Numbered from the stretch's first letter, positions 20,252 through 30,973 are shown. The stretch: 64,000 bases of DNA from Acidobacteriota bacterium (GCA_040755995.1 JBFMAF010000035.1:128001-192000); one strand, 5' to 3'. Notes: generated by a model not told the origin, from the letters alone. Made by a program: numbers and translations.

Positions 20252-21346
20252 ATGTTCGACAAGCTGGCAGCGATCGAACAGAGCTACATTGAGCTGGAAC
20301 GGCAGCTGTCGGAACCTGAGGTCGTCTCCGATCAGTCGCGCTTCCAGAAGCTTGCGCGGCAGCACTCGAACATGCAGCCGGTCGTCGACAAATTCCGCGA
20401 GTACCAGCGGATCGAGCAGAAGCTCATGGAGGCGCGGGGACTGATGAGGGATAGCGACCCCGAGATGAAGGCGCTGGCGGAGGAAGAGGCGACGGAATTG
20501 GAGCGCACGCGCGATCGGTGCACGCTCGAGCTGAAGAGGCTCCTCATCCCGCGCGATCCCAACGATGAGAAGAACGTGCTGCTGGAGATTCGGGCCGGGA
20601 CCGGCGGGGACGAGGCCGCTCTGTTCGTGCAGGAGATATTCCGGATGTACTCGAAGTACGCCGAGGCCAGGCGCTGGAAGATCGAGGTGATCTCGTCGAA
20701 TCCGACCGGGATAGGCGGTTTCAAGGAGATCATCTCGATGGTCGAAGGGGCCGGCGTGTACAGCAGGCTCAAGTACGAGAGCGGCGTGCATCGCGTCCAG
20801 CGAGTGCCGGTGACGGAGGCGAGCGGGAGGATTCACACTTCCGCCGTGACCGTGGCGGTTCTGCCCGAGGCCGATGAGGTCGAGGTGCAGATCGATCCGA
20901 AGGACCTTCGGGTGGACACGTTCTGCTCGTCGGGTCCCGGCGGACAGTCCGTCAACACCACCTACTCCGCCGTTCGCATCACGCACATCCCTTCCAACAT
21001 GGTGGTTACCTGCCAGGACGAGCGGTCGTGGCAGAAGAACAAGGCGAAGGCGCTCCGGGTGCTCCGGAGCCGCCTGCATGAGCAGGCGGTGGCCGAGCAG
21101 CAGGCGTCGATCGCAGACAGCCGGCGGAAGCAGGTCGGAACGGGAGACCGGAGCGAGAAGATCAGAACCTACAACTTCCCTCAGGGCCGGGTCACCGATC
21201 ACCGGATCGGCCTCACATCCCATCGGATTCAGGAGGTCCTCGCCGGGAGCCTCGACGAGTTCGTCGACGCCCTCGCGACTCACTTCGAGGCGGAGAAACT
21301 CAAGAGCGGTGCAGCCTTCTCCGTGGACGCGATCGCCGGCAGGTAA
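20252..21346 (+). CDS. prfA: Peptide chain release factor 1
   Basis: PVT anticodon motif (RVPVTE), GGQ, RTYNFPQ. Confidence 0.97.
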   Translation: MFDKLAAIEQSYIELERQLSEPEVVSDQSRFQKLARQHSNMQPVVDKFREYQRIEQKLMEARGLMRDSDPEMKALAEEEATELERTRDRCTLELKRLLIPRDPNDEKNVLLEIRAGTGGDEAALFVQEIFRMYSKYAEARRWKIEVISSNPTGIGGFKEIISMVEGAGVYSRLKYESGVHRVQRVPVTEASGRIHTSAVTVAVLPEADEVEVQIDPKDLRVDTFCSSGPGGQSVNTTYSAVRITHIPSNMVVTCQDERSWQKNKAKALRVLRSRLHEQAVAEQQASIADSRRKQVGTGDRSEKIRTYNFPQGRVTDHRIGLTSHRIQEVLAGSLDEFVDALATHFEAEKLKSGAAFSVDAIAGR

Positions 21347-21432
21347 GGTGCCACCCGTCGCGCGGTCACCGCTGGCGCCCGCGCTGCCCGGCGCTCGCAG
21401 CCGCCTGCCGCCGGGTTGTACCGCGTGAGCGA

Positions 21433-22272
21433 ATGCGCGTAGCCGAACTAATCCGCAAGGCCGCCAGCCGGCTTCTCATCGCCGGCTGTCCGAACCCGGA
21501 ACGTGACTCTGAGCTCCTGATGATGCACGCGACGGGTTGGAGTCGCGAGAGGCTGTTCTGTAGTCTTCACGACTCGCTCCCCGAACCGGTCGTGGACGAA
21601 TTCCTCGAGCTGATGATACGCCGCGAGAATCGTGAGCCGCTCTCTTACATTGTCGGGACCAAGGAGTTCTGGGGGCTCGATTTCCATGTGATGCCCGACG
21701 TCCTGATTCCCCGCCCCGAGACGGAAATCGTAGTCGAACGGGCGATCCAGCTCGCGCCGGCCGGCGCGAGAGTCGTGGACGTCGGCACCGGCTGCGGCAA
21801 CATCGTCGTGGCGATCGGGCACGCCAGGCCCGACCTCCACCTCTTCGCCACGGACATCTCTGGCACGGCGCTGAAGGTTGCTCGTCGCAACGCCGGCAGG
21901 CACGCCGTCGACCGGCGGATCCAGTTCGTGCGGGCATCGCTGCTCGATCCGTTCGCACCAAGTACTTTCGACATGGTGCTCGCGAATCTGCCCTATGTTC
22001 CCGAAACCGAGGCGCAGATCCTGATGCCCGAGGTGCGAGACCACGAGCCGTACGTGGCGCTCTTCTCGGGCCAGGACGGCTTGAGCCTCCTCCGCTCCAT
22101 CCTGCCTCAGGCAGCATCGGTGTTGAAGCCGGCCGGAGTCATTCTTCTGGAAGTCGGCCTGGGCCAGGCAGCCGCCGTTCGGACGCTCCTCGACCCGGGC
22201 TTGTGGGACGACATCAGCTTCAGCCTCGACATGCAGAGGATCGAGCGAACGCTTTGCGCCAGGCGGCGCTGA
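21433..22272 (+). CDS. prmC: Release factor glutamine methyltransferase
   Basis: LIPRPETE, DVGTGCG, NLPY, EP..ALF.G.DG; follows prfA. Confidence 0.95.
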   Translation: MRVAELIRKAASRLLIAGCPNPERDSELLMMHATGWSRERLFCSLHDSLPEPVVDEFLELMIRRENREPLSYIVGTKEFWGLDFHVMPDVLIPRPETEIVVERAIQLAPAGARVVDVGTGCGNIVVAIGHARPDLHLFATDISGTALKVARRNAGRHAVDRRIQFVRASLLDPFAPSTFDMVLANLPYVPETEAQILMPEVRDHEPYVALFSGQDGLSLLRSILPQAASVLKPAGVILLEVGLGQAAAVRTLLDPGLWDDISFSLDMQRIERTLCARRR

Positions 22273-22290
22273 CCGGCCCGATCCTTGGCA

Positions 22291-22548
22291 TCAGCTCGCC
22301 TTCTTCAGCTTGCGGGCGCTCACATTCAGATTGATGCCATCAACCTTCGGAAGTGACAATCCTTCCCGAACGCGGATCAATATCCAGTCTTCGAGCACGC
22401 TCTGCAGCCCCGCACTGCACTGGTCCAGCCTTCTGGCGTTCGCCCACACGCCCCTGCGGACAGGGATCTCACCATAGAAAGTCCCGTCATCTTCGAGGAT
22501 TTGGCAAGTCGCGTGCCTCATCGCGGCCCGGATGTAGTCGGAAGGCAT
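22291..22548 (-). CDS. HicB-family (UPF0150) antitoxin-like protein, orphan and possibly degenerate
   Basis: YIRAAM..A..ILEDDGTFYGEIP...GVWANA..L..C...LQSVLEDWI...LP.VDG pattern; no adjacent hicA. Confidence 0.75.
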   Translation of the reverse strand: MPSDYIRAAMRHATCQILEDDGTFYGEIPVRRGVWANARRLDQCSAGLQSVLEDWILIRVREGLSLPKVDGINLNVSARKLKKAS

Positions 22549-22601
22549 CTCCTCCCCCGTCCGCATCGTCGCAGGATGCGCCGACCTGCTCGACGTCGCC
22601 G

Positions 22602-23594
22602 TCAGTACTCCTTCTTCAGGCTGCGCTCCATCAGGTCTTTCAGCGCGGCAGCGGGCGGCTTGTCTTCGTACAGGATGGAGTGCATCTCGAAGGTGATCGG
22701 CATGACGACGCCGAGGCGGTGGGCCAGCTGGGTGGCGGAGCGGGTCGTGCGGACACCTTCGGCGACCTGCGTCATGGTGCTCAGGATCTCCGAGAGCTTC
22801 CGCCCCTGGCCGATCTGTTCGCCGACCCAGCGGTTGCGCGAGAGGCCCCCAGTGCAGGTCAGCACGAGGTCGCCGATCCCGGCGAGCCCCGCCATCGTTT
22901 CCGCGCGCGCGCCCATGGTCAGCGCAAGCCTCGTGATCTCATGCAGGCCCCGCGTAATCAGCGCCGCCTGCGTATTCAGCCCGAATCCCAACCCGGACAC
23001 GATACCCGATGCCAACGCGATCACGTTCTTCAGCGAGGCTGCCAGCTCGACGCCGAGGACGTCCGAGTGGACGTAGACGCGGAACAGGCTGGTGTTGAGC
23101 GCCTGCTGGAACTCCTGCGCCAGCGCCTGATCCTTCGACGCGATCACCACGGTCGTCGGGTGCGCCTTGCCCACCTCCAGAGCGAAGCTCGGACCCGCCA
23201 GCACGGCGTACGCCTTCATCTGAGGCACTGTCTCGGCCGCGACCTCCTCCATCCGCTTGCACGTGTCCTCCTCGATCCCCTTGGTGGCGCTCATGATGCG
23301 AGTGCCATCCGCCGCCAGCTCCGCGATCCGCGAGTACACTCCGCGGCAGAAGTGCGATGGGACCACGACGAAATACGAATTCGAGAAAGAAGCGCACTCG
23401 GCGAAATCCTCCGTCGCCCGCACGCCGGCCGGGATCGGGCACCCGGGCAGGTACGCTGTGTTCTCCCGCTCGCTGTTGATGACCCGGGCAAGTCCCTTGT
23501 CGTACACCCACAGCAACACATCGTTCCCGGCCCGCCCCGCCTGAATCGACAGGGCCGTGCCCCAAGTGCCTCCACCGAAAATCGATATCTTCAT
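22602..23594 (-). CDS. gpsA: NAD(P)H-dependent glycerol-3-phosphate dehydrogenase
   Basis: GGGTWGTAL, TKGIE, GPSFA, LKNVIA, GLAGIGDLVLTC, SRN, AEGV. Confidence 0.96.
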   Translation of the reverse strand: MKISIFGGGTWGTALSIQAGRAGNDVLLWVYDKGLARVINSERENTAYLPGCPIPAGVRATEDFAECASFSNSYFVVVPSHFCRGVYSRIAELAADGTRIMSATKGIEEDTCKRMEEVAAETVPQMKAYAVLAGPSFALEVGKAHPTTVVIASKDQALAQEFQQALNTSLFRVYVHSDVLGVELAASLKNVIALASGIVSGLGFGLNTQAALITRGLHEITRLALTMGARAETMAGLAGIGDLVLTCTGGLSRNRWVGEQIGQGRKLSEILSTMTQVAEGVRTTRSATQLAHRLGVVMPITFEMHSILYEDKPPAAALKDLMERSLKKEY

Positions 23595-24181
23595 CGGTCC
23601 TTCTTCAGACGGAACGTCGGTTCCTCTCCGCGGATCAGACGGCGGATGTTGGCGCCGTGGCGGATGAAGATCACGACGACAACAAGCACGCCCGCCCACA
23701 CGGCCGGGATCGGCGACCCGAGAAGCCAGGCAATAGGAGGAAACGCAGCCGAGGCCGTGAGCGACGCGGCCGAAACGATCCTTGTCGTCAGAGCCACAAG
23801 CGCGAAGATGAGGAGCACCGCGAGAACTGCCTTCGGCGAAATCGCCATGAACACTCCCGCACCCACGGCCACGCTCTTTCCACCTTTGAATTTCAGGAAG
23901 ATCGGGTAGCTGTGTCCAACGACCGCCGCGACCGCAGCGCAGACGGCCGCCGTGTCTCCCGCGAAGTGGTGGGCCAGCACGACAACCAGCGTCCCCTTGA
24001 GGAAATCAAGCAGAAACGTCATCAGTCCCGGCAGCTTGCCCACACTCCTCATTACGTTCGTCGCCCCGATGTTGCCGCTCCCCTGACCACGAATGTCACC
24101 TGCGCCCACTAACCAGGCGATGATGAACCCGAATGGGATGGACCCCACCAGGTACGCGAGAACAGTGATGAAATAGATCAC
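23591..24181 (-). CDS. plsY: Glycerol-3-phosphate acyltransferase
   Basis: YLVGSIPFG, GSGNIGATNV, DFLKG, GHSYPIF, FKGGK, RHGANI. Confidence 0.96.
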   Translation of the reverse strand: MIYFITVLAYLVGSIPFGFIIAWLVGAGDIRGQGSGNIGATNVMRSVGKLPGLMTFLLDFLKGTLVVVLAHHFAGDTAAVCAAVAAVVGHSYPIFLKFKGGKSVAVGAGVFMAISPKAVLAVLLIFALVALTTRIVSAASLTASAAFPPIAWLLGSPIPAVWAGVLVVVVIFIRHGANIRRLIRGEEPTFRLKKDR

Positions 24182-24195
24182 GGGAGTCGTCGACG

Positions 24196-24230
24196 AGTTG
24201 TCAGTTGTCGGTTGACAGTTGTCAGTTGGC
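24196..24230. repeat. AGTTGTC-type heptamer tandem repeat (5 units)
   Basis: AGTTGTC AGTTGTC GGTTGAC AGTTGTC AGTTGGC. Confidence 0.8.
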
Positions 24231-24389
24231 CGCAGCCATCGCAGAGTCCGGTGGAAAGAACATGCTCTCCGGCCGCACGGATCTTACGCAGTGATTCGAG
24301 AGGCCGGCTTGACAGAGGAGTTCTTTCGAATCCACGGATGAAGCCGTCGGATTGTGAAGTCCCCCTGCCCCTCGACCCCTTCATCTTCT

Positions 24390-24424
24390 CCCTTTTCCCT
24401 TTCCCCTTGACCCTTGTCCCTTTC
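24390..24424. repeat. CCCTTNN heptamer tandem repeat (5 units)
   Basis: CCCTTTT CCCTTTC CCCTTGA CCCTTGT CCCTTTC, right after the thpR stop. Confidence 0.75.
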
Positions 24425-24426
24425 GC

Positions 24427-24987
24427 CTAACTCCCCATCGAGTGGGCGGAAACTTCGCGGTGGACCGCGCCGGTCGGCAAGAGCGTGGACTGAAACAGAA
24501 CGATTCTGGAGAAGACGAACTCGATCGGCTCCACGATGATCCGGCCGAAACTCTCACGTCCGATGCCTCCGCTCTTCCTCCCGGGCTTGCGACGGCCCAG
24601 CGTCAGATGCGGGGTGAAAGCGCGGCTCTCGCGCTCGAACCCCAACGACTCCATCGCCTCTTCGACGCGCGAGCTCAGAACCTCCGATGTGCCGCCGTCT
24701 TCGAGCCCCACCCAGATCACTCGCGGAGATGACCCTCCGGGGAAACCGCCCACTCCCGTGAGCCTCGCCCTCCACGGCGCAAATTCCGGCGCAATCCGCT
24801 TGAGCTCCGCCGAGATCGCGGGGACCTTCCCGTCGTCGATCTCGCCGAGGAACTTGAGCGTCAGGTGGATCTGTTCTGACTTCACCCAGCGCATGCTTCC
24901 GGCAGCCGTCCGATCAAGCTTGTCGCTGATGATCGCCAGGTGGGCCTTCACCTCCGCCGGAAGCGGAAGAGCGATGAACGCCCTCAT
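24427..24987 (-). CDS. thpR: RNA 2',3'-cyclic phosphodiesterase
   Basis: MRAFIA, two HxT motifs (HLTLKFLG, PHLTLGR), PRVIWVG. Confidence 0.93.
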   Translation of the reverse strand: MRAFIALPLPAEVKAHLAIISDKLDRTAAGSMRWVKSEQIHLTLKFLGEIDDGKVPAISAELKRIAPEFAPWRARLTGVGGFPGGSSPRVIWVGLEDGGTSEVLSSRVEEAMESLGFERESRAFTPHLTLGRRKPGRKSGGIGRESFGRIIVEPIEFVFSRIVLFQSTLLPTGAVHREVSAHSMGS

Positions 24988-26273
24988 TCTCGGCCTCCCC
25001 GAGCGCCGGCCTGCCGCGCAGCGCGGATGTTGAGGAGCCTGAGGCGGAGCATGTCGAGGGCTCGCTGTGTGGCCTGGAAACGCACCAGCGCACGCTCGCC
25101 GAGGAACCGATTCTCCGTGGTCTCCGTCCTGCCCAGACCCGCCAGCGACACGTACACGAGCCCCACGGGCTTGGCCTCCGTGCCTCCCGAAGGTCCGGCG
25201 ACACCCGTAATCCCTATCCCATAATCGGCGCCGGCTGCGCGTCTCGCGCCGCTCGCCATCGCTTCCGCCACTTGCGGCGACACCGCTCCGTGCTCGGCGA
25301 TCAGATCCGCTCCCACGCCAAGCTCGTCGGTCTTGGATTGGTTGGAGTAGCAGACGAGGCCGCGGAGGAAGTAGGCGGAGCTCCCCGGGACTTCCGTGAG
25401 GCGGCTGGCGAGCAGTCCGCCGGTGCAGCTTTCCGCCGTCGCGATGCTCTGTCCAAGGCCAACCAGCAAACCGGCCACGACCGTCTCCAACGTCTCGCCG
25501 TCGGCACCGTAGACGCGATCACCCAGCCTGTCGCGGAACTCCCTCTCGATTTCCCGTATGAGAACCTCGGCCGGCCGATCCGGCCCGGCAGTCGCCCTAA
25601 TGTGCAGCTCGATCGAGCCCGGGCTGGCCAGGATGGTCACGGATGGGTTCAGCAGATCCCGGTAGATCGAGCCGATCAGCGAGTCCGTGTGGGACTCCGT
25701 GATACCCGTCACGCGCAGGACGCGCGTGAGAATCGGCGCGCCGCCGGCGAGGAGCGCGCTGATGCGAGGCCGCGCCGCCTTCTCGAACATCGGCACAACC
25801 TCGCGCGGCGGACCGGGCAGCATCAAGATGGCGCAAGCCCCGTCGATCCACTGGCCGGGCGCCGAGCCGACTGCGTTCTCCAGGAGCTCGGCTCCGTCCA
25901 ACAGGTCGGCCTGCTGTAGGTTGTTCGAGGTGAGCTTGCGCCCGGCTCGCTGAAACCGCATCGTGAGGTAGTCCACCCACTGTTGCGACCGCACAAGCGC
26001 TCGCCCCGTGGCCTTCGCCACGGCCTCGCGCGTCCGGTCGTCCTCGGTCGGCCCCAGGCCGCCCACCGTGATCAGCAGGTCCGCGCGCCGCATCCCCTCC
26101 TTGATCGCATCCACCAGGTCGTCGACCGAGTCGCCCACGACGGTCTTCCGGCGCAGCTCGATCCCGAGCTCGTTCAGCATGCGGGTCAGATAGAGCGAGT
26201 TGGTGTCGGTGCGGAGCGGCGTCAGCAGCTCGGACCCGACCGCTATGATCTCGGCGTTCCTGATCCCCTTCAT
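24984..26273 (-). CDS. cinA: Competence/damage-inducible protein CinA (MoCF-like domain plus NMN deamidase domain)
   Basis: AVGSELL, DTNS, GGLGPTEDD, LPGPPRE, AESCTGG, GITGVAGP. Confidence 0.95.
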   Translation of the reverse strand: MKGIRNAEIIAVGSELLTPLRTDTNSLYLTRMLNELGIELRRKTVVGDSVDDLVDAIKEGMRRADLLITVGGLGPTEDDRTREAVAKATGRALVRSQQWVDYLTMRFQRAGRKLTSNNLQQADLLDGAELLENAVGSAPGQWIDGACAILMLPGPPREVVPMFEKAARPRISALLAGGAPILTRVLRVTGITESHTDSLIGSIYRDLLNPSVTILASPGSIELHIRATAGPDRPAEVLIREIEREFRDRLGDRVYGADGETLETVVAGLLVGLGQSIATAESCTGGLLASRLTEVPGSSAYFLRGLVCYSNQSKTDELGVGADLIAEHGAVSPQVAEAMASGARRAAGADYGIGITGVAGPSGGTEAKPVGLVYVSLAGLGRTETTENRFLGERALVRFQATQRALDMLRLRLLNIRAARQAGARGGRE

Positions 26274-26755
26274 CCGACCAATCCGAAATGAATTAGCGCG
26301 CGCACGACGATATTAGCATAGATCGCCGCCATCAGATCGTCGGCGACGATGCCCCAGCCGCCCGGGAGCTTCTCCAGGCGGCGACCGGGGAAAGGCTTGA
26401 TGATGTCGAACACGCGGAACAGCACGAAACCTGCCAGCGGGACCTGCCAGGATGACAGCGGGATCGACAGCGGCGCCAGGAACAGTGTCAACATCATCCC
26501 GACCATCTCGTCCACGACGATGCAGGACGGGTCCTTGCGCTCGACCGTCCGCTCGACGACGCCGGACGCATACACGGCAAGCGCAATCGAAAGCCCGAGC
26601 GCTACGGCATAGAGCACGGGCCCGCCGAGCCGCAGGGCAAAGGCCATCGGCAGCGCCACCGCCGAGCCCACGGTGCCAGGCGCAAACGGAAAGTAGCCCG
26701 AATAGAAGCCTGTGGCGACGACGACGGGCCAGCGCGGTGCGGACTCAGATGCCAC
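26270..26755 (-). CDS. pgpA: Phosphatidylglycerophosphatase A
   Basis: APGTVGS, DPSCIVVDE, FRVFDIIKP, GIVADD. Confidence 0.95.
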   Translation of the reverse strand: MASESAPRWPVVVATGFYSGYFPFAPGTVGSAVALPMAFALRLGGPVLYAVALGLSIALAVYASGVVERTVERKDPSCIVVDEMVGMMLTLFLAPLSIPLSSWQVPLAGFVLFRVFDIIKPFPGRRLEKLPGGWGIVADDLMAAIYANIVVRALIHFGLVG

Positions 26756-28133
26756 TGACGATATCTCCGTCGAGATCGTAGGCGCCGGCGCGCGAAATCC
26801 TTACGACGGCGCGATCTCCCGGCTGCAGCTCCACCGGACCCCCGCGCCGCACACGCGTGACGCCGTCGATCTCGGGCGCCTGACCCATTACTCTACATAT
26901 GTAGTAATTCCCGCGGACGGCGTCGACGACGGCGTCGTGTATCTCGCCGATGCGCGCCGTGTTGGCCTGAAGACTGATCGTCCGCTGGAGCCTCATCGCC
27001 GCCGCCCGCCGCCTTCTCTTCTCGCGAGCCGGGACGGAATCGCCCAGCTTCCAGGCGGATGTGCCGTCCTCGCGGGAGTACGTGAAGATGCCCACGTGCT
27101 CCAGGCGCGCGTCACTCAGGAAGCCGAGCAGCGACTCGAATCGCGCCGGCGTCTCGGCCGGATAGCCGACGATGAATGCGCTGCGTATGAAGATCCCCGG
27201 CACCTCCCGCCTGAGCTGCTCGATCAGCCTCAGATGCGCCTTCCTGCTGCCACCCCGCAGCATGGATGAGAGTACGCTGCGATCCGAGTGCTGCAGAGGA
27301 ATGTCGGCGTATTTGCAGACCTTCGGCTCCCCGGCGATGGTCTCGATAAGATCGCGTGTCACGTGGCTGGGATAGAGGTAGTTGAGACGGATCCAGCGTA
27401 CGGCCCGGATCTCGGCGAGCCTTCCAGCCAGCCGGGCGAGGGTGGGTCCGCCAGGCAGGTCCCTGCCGTAGCCGCTCGTGTCCTGAGCGACCAGGATGAT
27501 CTCGGTGGCGCCAATCCCAGCCAGCTCCTCGGCCTCTTCGACAACCTCCTCAATCGCGCGCGATCGTTGAGGGCCGTGGATACCGGGGATGGCGCAGAAC
27601 GAGCACCTCAGATCGCACCCTTCGGCGATCTTCAGATATGCATAGTGCCCCGGACCGGTGACGGCGCGCGGCGACGGTGCGGCGGTTCGCGGCAGCCCTA
27701 GAATGTCAGTGATCGCATCCTGGTTCCGGACGCCCACGAACGCGTCCACTTCCGGAAGCGATCGAACGAGCTCGCCGGCGTAGCGTTCCACCAGGCAGCC
27801 GATCGCCACGAGCCTCTTGGTTGTGTTCTGCTTCAGCCGCGCCATCTCGAGTATCGTCGCGATGCTCTCGCGCTTCGCGTCGCCGATGAAGCCGCACGTG
27901 TTGATCAGAATCACGTCCGCCTGCTCCGGATCCGCGACCACGTCGCATCCGGCCGATCGAAGCCGGCCCAGGATCTTCTCGGAGTCGACGAGGTTCTTCG
28001 GACAGCCCAGGCTGATCATTCCGACGCGAAGCGGCGACGGCGAATCCCCGCCGTCGTGCCGGGACCGGCGGATGTTCGGTGCGTCAGAGGCCGCGGGCGC
28101 GCACGGCGAGTCCGCCTCTGCCGAATCGGCCAC
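26745..28133 (-). CDS. rimO: Ribosomal protein S12 methylthiotransferase
   Basis: SLGCPKNLVDSE, NTCGFI, radical SAM CDLRCSFC, DIPLQH, APEIDG. Start uncertain: the track's TTG at 28181 lies inside a repeat. Confidence 0.93.
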   Translation of the reverse strand: MADSAEADSPCAPAASDAPNIRRSRHDGGDSPSPLRVGMISLGCPKNLVDSEKILGRLRSAGCDVVADPEQADVILINTCGFIGDAKRESIATILEMARLKQNTTKRLVAIGCLVERYAGELVRSLPEVDAFVGVRNQDAITDILGLPRTAAPSPRAVTGPGHYAYLKIAEGCDLRCSFCAIPGIHGPQRSRAIEEVVEEAEELAGIGATEIILVAQDTSGYGRDLPGGPTLARLAGRLAEIRAVRWIRLNYLYPSHVTRDLIETIAGEPKVCKYADIPLQHSDRSVLSSMLRGGSRKAHLRLIEQLRREVPGIFIRSAFIVGYPAETPARFESLLGFLSDARLEHVGIFTYSREDGTSAWKLGDSVPAREKRRRRAAAMRLQRTISLQANTARIGEIHDAVVDAVRGNYYICRVMGQAPEIDGVTRVRRGGPVELQPGDRAVVRISRAGAYDLDGDIVSGI

Positions 28134-28162
28134 GCGGCCCGGTGCGCAGCGCCGGCCCGACT

Positions 28163-28190
28163 GACAACTGCCAACTGCCAACTGTCAACT
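28163..28190. repeat. GNCAACT heptamer tandem repeat (4 units), reverse complement of the 24196 family
   Basis: GACAACT GCCAACT GCCAACT GTCAACT, right after the asnS stop. Confidence 0.8.
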
Positions 28191-28193
28191 ACT

Positions 28194-29474
28194 CTACGGG
28201 TAGATGCGGTACAGCGTCCGCGGGAATGGGATGGTCTCGCGGATGTGTTCTATGCCGCAGAGCCATGCGGTGGCTCTCTCGACGCCCATCCCGAACCCGG
28301 AATGGGGCACCGAGCCGTACCGGCGGATGTCCAGGTACCACTGGAAGGCCTCCCTGGGGAGCCCGTGTTCGTCGATGCGCTTCAGCAGCAGATCGCCGTC
28401 GTCGAGCCTCTGGCCGCCGCCGATCACCTCGCCGTAGCCCTCCGGCGCGAGCACGTCGACGCAGAGTGCCAGTGCGGGGTCGTCAGGGTCGGGCTTCATG
28501 TAGAACGCCTTCACCGCGCTGGGATACCGGTGCACTATGAGGGGGCTGTCGAACTTGTTCGAGAGTATCGTCTCGTCGTTGCCGCCGAAGTCGCCGCCCC
28601 ACTCGATCTCCGAGCCCTCCTTCTTGAGTATCTCGACCGCCTCGGTGTACGTCATGCGCGGAAAGGGCCTCTTGACCCGGCGCAGCTTCTCCACGTCCCG
28701 CCCCAGGACGGCCAGTTCCTTCTGGCGGTTGTCGATCACACGCTGGACGATGAAGTACAGGAACTCCTCGGCCAGTTGGACGTTGTCTTCGAGGTCGGCA
28801 TAGGCCATCTCGGGCTCGACCATCCAGAACTCGGTCAGGTGGCGCCGCGTCTTGGACTTCTCGGCCCTGAAGGTCGGCCCGAAGCAGTAGACCTTCCCGA
28901 ACGCGGCGCAGGTGGCTTCGCTGTATAGCTGGCCGCTCTGCGTGAGGTATGCTTTGTCGTCGAAGTACTGGGTCTCGAAGAGAGTGGTGGTGCCCTCGCA
29001 CGCTGCGGGCGTGAAAATCGGGGTGTCGACCAGCAGGAATCCGTGGCTGTCGAGGTAGTCGCGGCAGGCCCGGATGATCTCGGCGCGCACGCGCAGAATC
29101 GCCCACTGCCTCTGGCTGCGCAGCCACAGATGCCGGTGCTCCATCAGAAACGCCGTCCCGTGCTCCTTCGGCGTTATCGGGAATTCTTCGGCGATCTGCA
29201 CCACCTGCATGGCCGACACGTCCATCTCATATCCGCCCGGCGCGCGGGCATCCGCGCGCACGGCGCCTTCCACGATGACTGACGATTCGTGCGTGAGGCG
29301 GTCGAAGAGCTCAAGAAGCTCCGGCCTGGTGATCACGGCCTGGAGTATCCCCGTTCCGTCCCGCACCATGACGAACCGGATCTTCCCGCTGCTCCGCTTA
29401 TTGTGCACCCAGCCGTAAATCCGCGCCTCGACACCGGCCGCGGACGAGATGGTTTCGATCGTGACTCGCTTCAT
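28194..29474 (-). CDS. asnS: Asparagine--tRNA ligase
   Basis: [56 protein letters not shown]. Confidence 0.96.
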   Translation of the reverse strand: MKRVTIETISSAAGVEARIYGWVHNKRSSGKIRFVMVRDGTGILQAVITRPELLELFDRLTHESSVIVEGAVRADARAPGGYEMDVSAMQVVQIAEEFPITPKEHGTAFLMEHRHLWLRSQRQWAILRVRAEIIRACRDYLDSHGFLLVDTPIFTPAACEGTTTLFETQYFDDKAYLTQSGQLYSEATCAAFGKVYCFGPTFRAEKSKTRRHLTEFWMVEPEMAYADLEDNVQLAEEFLYFIVQRVIDNRQKELAVLGRDVEKLRRVKRPFPRMTYTEAVEILKKEGSEIEWGGDFGGNDETILSNKFDSPLIVHRYPSAVKAFYMKPDPDDPALALCVDVLAPEGYGEVIGGGQRLDDGDLLLKRIDEHGLPREAFQWYLDIRRYGSVPHSGFGMGVERATAWLCGIEHIRETIPFPRTLYRIYP

Positions 29475-29539
29475 GTTGCCCACCCGTGAATCGGCGAGGT
29501 ATTATAATGGACGGTGTCCCACGGAGCAAGGAGGAGCCG

Positions 29540-29719
29540 GTGAAAGACTTAAAGGCGTTGGTTTCCATCATTATCTGCGTGGCGCTCGCGTTCTGGCTGC
29601 TGCGATACCTGCTGCCCGTGGCATTCGCAGCAGTACACCTCGTCATCTCTCTTGCCGCACTGGTGCTTCTCGTGCTGCTGGTCTTCTACTTCTACAAGAA
29701 GGTGATGCGCAAGTTGTGA
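29540..29719 (+). CDS. Small two-helix membrane protein, unknown function (59 aa)
   Basis: GTG after AAGGAGGAG; two hydrophobic helices and a basic C-terminus. Confidence 0.65.
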   Translation: MKDLKALVSIIICVALAFWLLRYLLPVAFAAVHLVISLAALVLLVLLVFYFYKKVMRKL

Positions 29720-29817
29720 GAACGGTGCGCCGCGGAAGGACTGGACGCGAGCGGTGCGGCTCACGGGGATTGCTTCAACCTCACCGCGATCCGCGTCGTG
29801 GTCGAAATCGTGTTCGC

Positions 29818-29922
29818 ATGCGATTCAATGTCGTTGTCGAACCCGACGACGAAGACAGCCACGGCGGCGAGCGTCCATGCATCTTCCCTGCAGCCGGACT
29901 ACGGGGCCTGCGACTGGGGTAG
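29818..29922 (+). pseudogene. Possible HicB-like N-terminal remnant
   Basis: MRFNVVVEPDDEDSHGG..CIFPA.GLRG resembles a HicB N-terminus, then degenerates. Confidence 0.3.
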
Positions 29923-30043
29923 TGGACAGAGGTGCTTTGTGCTATTCTTCATTCCATAGAAGAGGGATGCGACCGGTGACTTGGAGTGATCCCCGGGACT
30001 TGCATGGTGGTCGAGGCGCAGAGGTCGAGGTCGGAGGGTTGAG

Positions 30044-30973
30044 GTGAGTCGAGGGCGCGTGGTGTGGGGGATCACGCTATCGGCCTTCGTGCTGATCATC
30101 CTGCTCCTCGCGGCGATCACCGTGTACGTGCTTGCCAAGGTTACGTTCCCCGAGCGCCGGACTTCGGTGCTGACGCCGCGCAGCCTGTTTCTGGACTGCC
30201 GCGATGTGAAGTTCCAGACCGCCGACGGAGTCGGGTTGGCGGGCTACTACGTCCCGGCCGATGGGTCGGTGCCGATCATACTCTGCCACGATTTCGGTTG
30301 GAAGAAGGAGGACATGCTGGCTCTGGCCGCGATGCTGCACGAGGCCGGCTATCCCGCGCTCCTTTTCGACTTCCGCCACCACGGCAAGAGTGGCGGGGGA
30401 ATGTCGACTCTCGGTGCGCGCGAAAAGCTGGACGTGCTCGCCGCAGTCGAGTTCCTCAAGTCCAGCGGCAAGGGCGGGAAGATCGGCCTGCTCGGTGTCT
30501 CCATGGGCGCCTACGCCGGTGCACTGGCGGCGACGGAGGTCGAGGAACTTGCGGCGCTCGTCCTGGTAGACCCCTACCCCAACCTCTCTCTGTACTTTCA
30601 CGATCGCGTCGAAGAGCTGTTCAATATCGATCGCGGTCCTCTGCCATGGATCTTGGAACATGTGTTCACGGCATACACACACACGACCGGCGACCAGTGG
30701 GCACTCGACCGGGCACTGCCAGGGCTGAGCAAGAAAGCTGTGCTCTTTGTGTCGAGTCACCAGGATCCGCGCAACGATCAGTACTGCCGCGATCTCTACG
30801 ATATTACACCCGAACCGAAAGAGCTGACGGCAATCGATGGCTTCCAGAAAGCCATGCGCCTGGGGACGGAGAAGGACCAAGTGCGCACCCGGGTGATTCG
30901 TTTCTTCAACGACTTCCTCCCAGGATCTGCCAGGCCACCCAAGGTGATCAAGGCCAGGCCGGGCGAGCGCTGA
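30044..30973 (+). CDS. Membrane-anchored alpha/beta-fold hydrolase
   Basis: N-terminal TM helix, FDFRHHGKS, nucleophile elbow GVSMG. Confidence 0.88.
   Translation: MSRGRVVWGITLSAFVLIILLLAAITVYVLAKVTFPERRTSVLTPRSLFLDCRDVKFQTADGVGLAGYYVPADGSVPIILCHDFGWKKEDMLALAAMLHEAGYPALLFDFRHHGKSGGGMSTLGAREKLDVLAAVEFLKSSGKGGKIGLLGVSMGAYAGALAATEVEELAALVLVDPYPNLSLYFHDRVEELFNIDRGPLPWILEHVFTAYTHTTGDQWALDRALPGLSKKAVLFVSSHQDPRNDQYCRDLYDITPEPKELTAIDGFQKAMRLGTEKDQVRTRVIRFFNDFLPGSARPPKVIKARPGER

Noticed and set aside
24178..24430. Short ORFs in the thpR-plsY spacer
   Set aside because: Their translations are dominated by repeat-derived sequence and have no recognisable domain.
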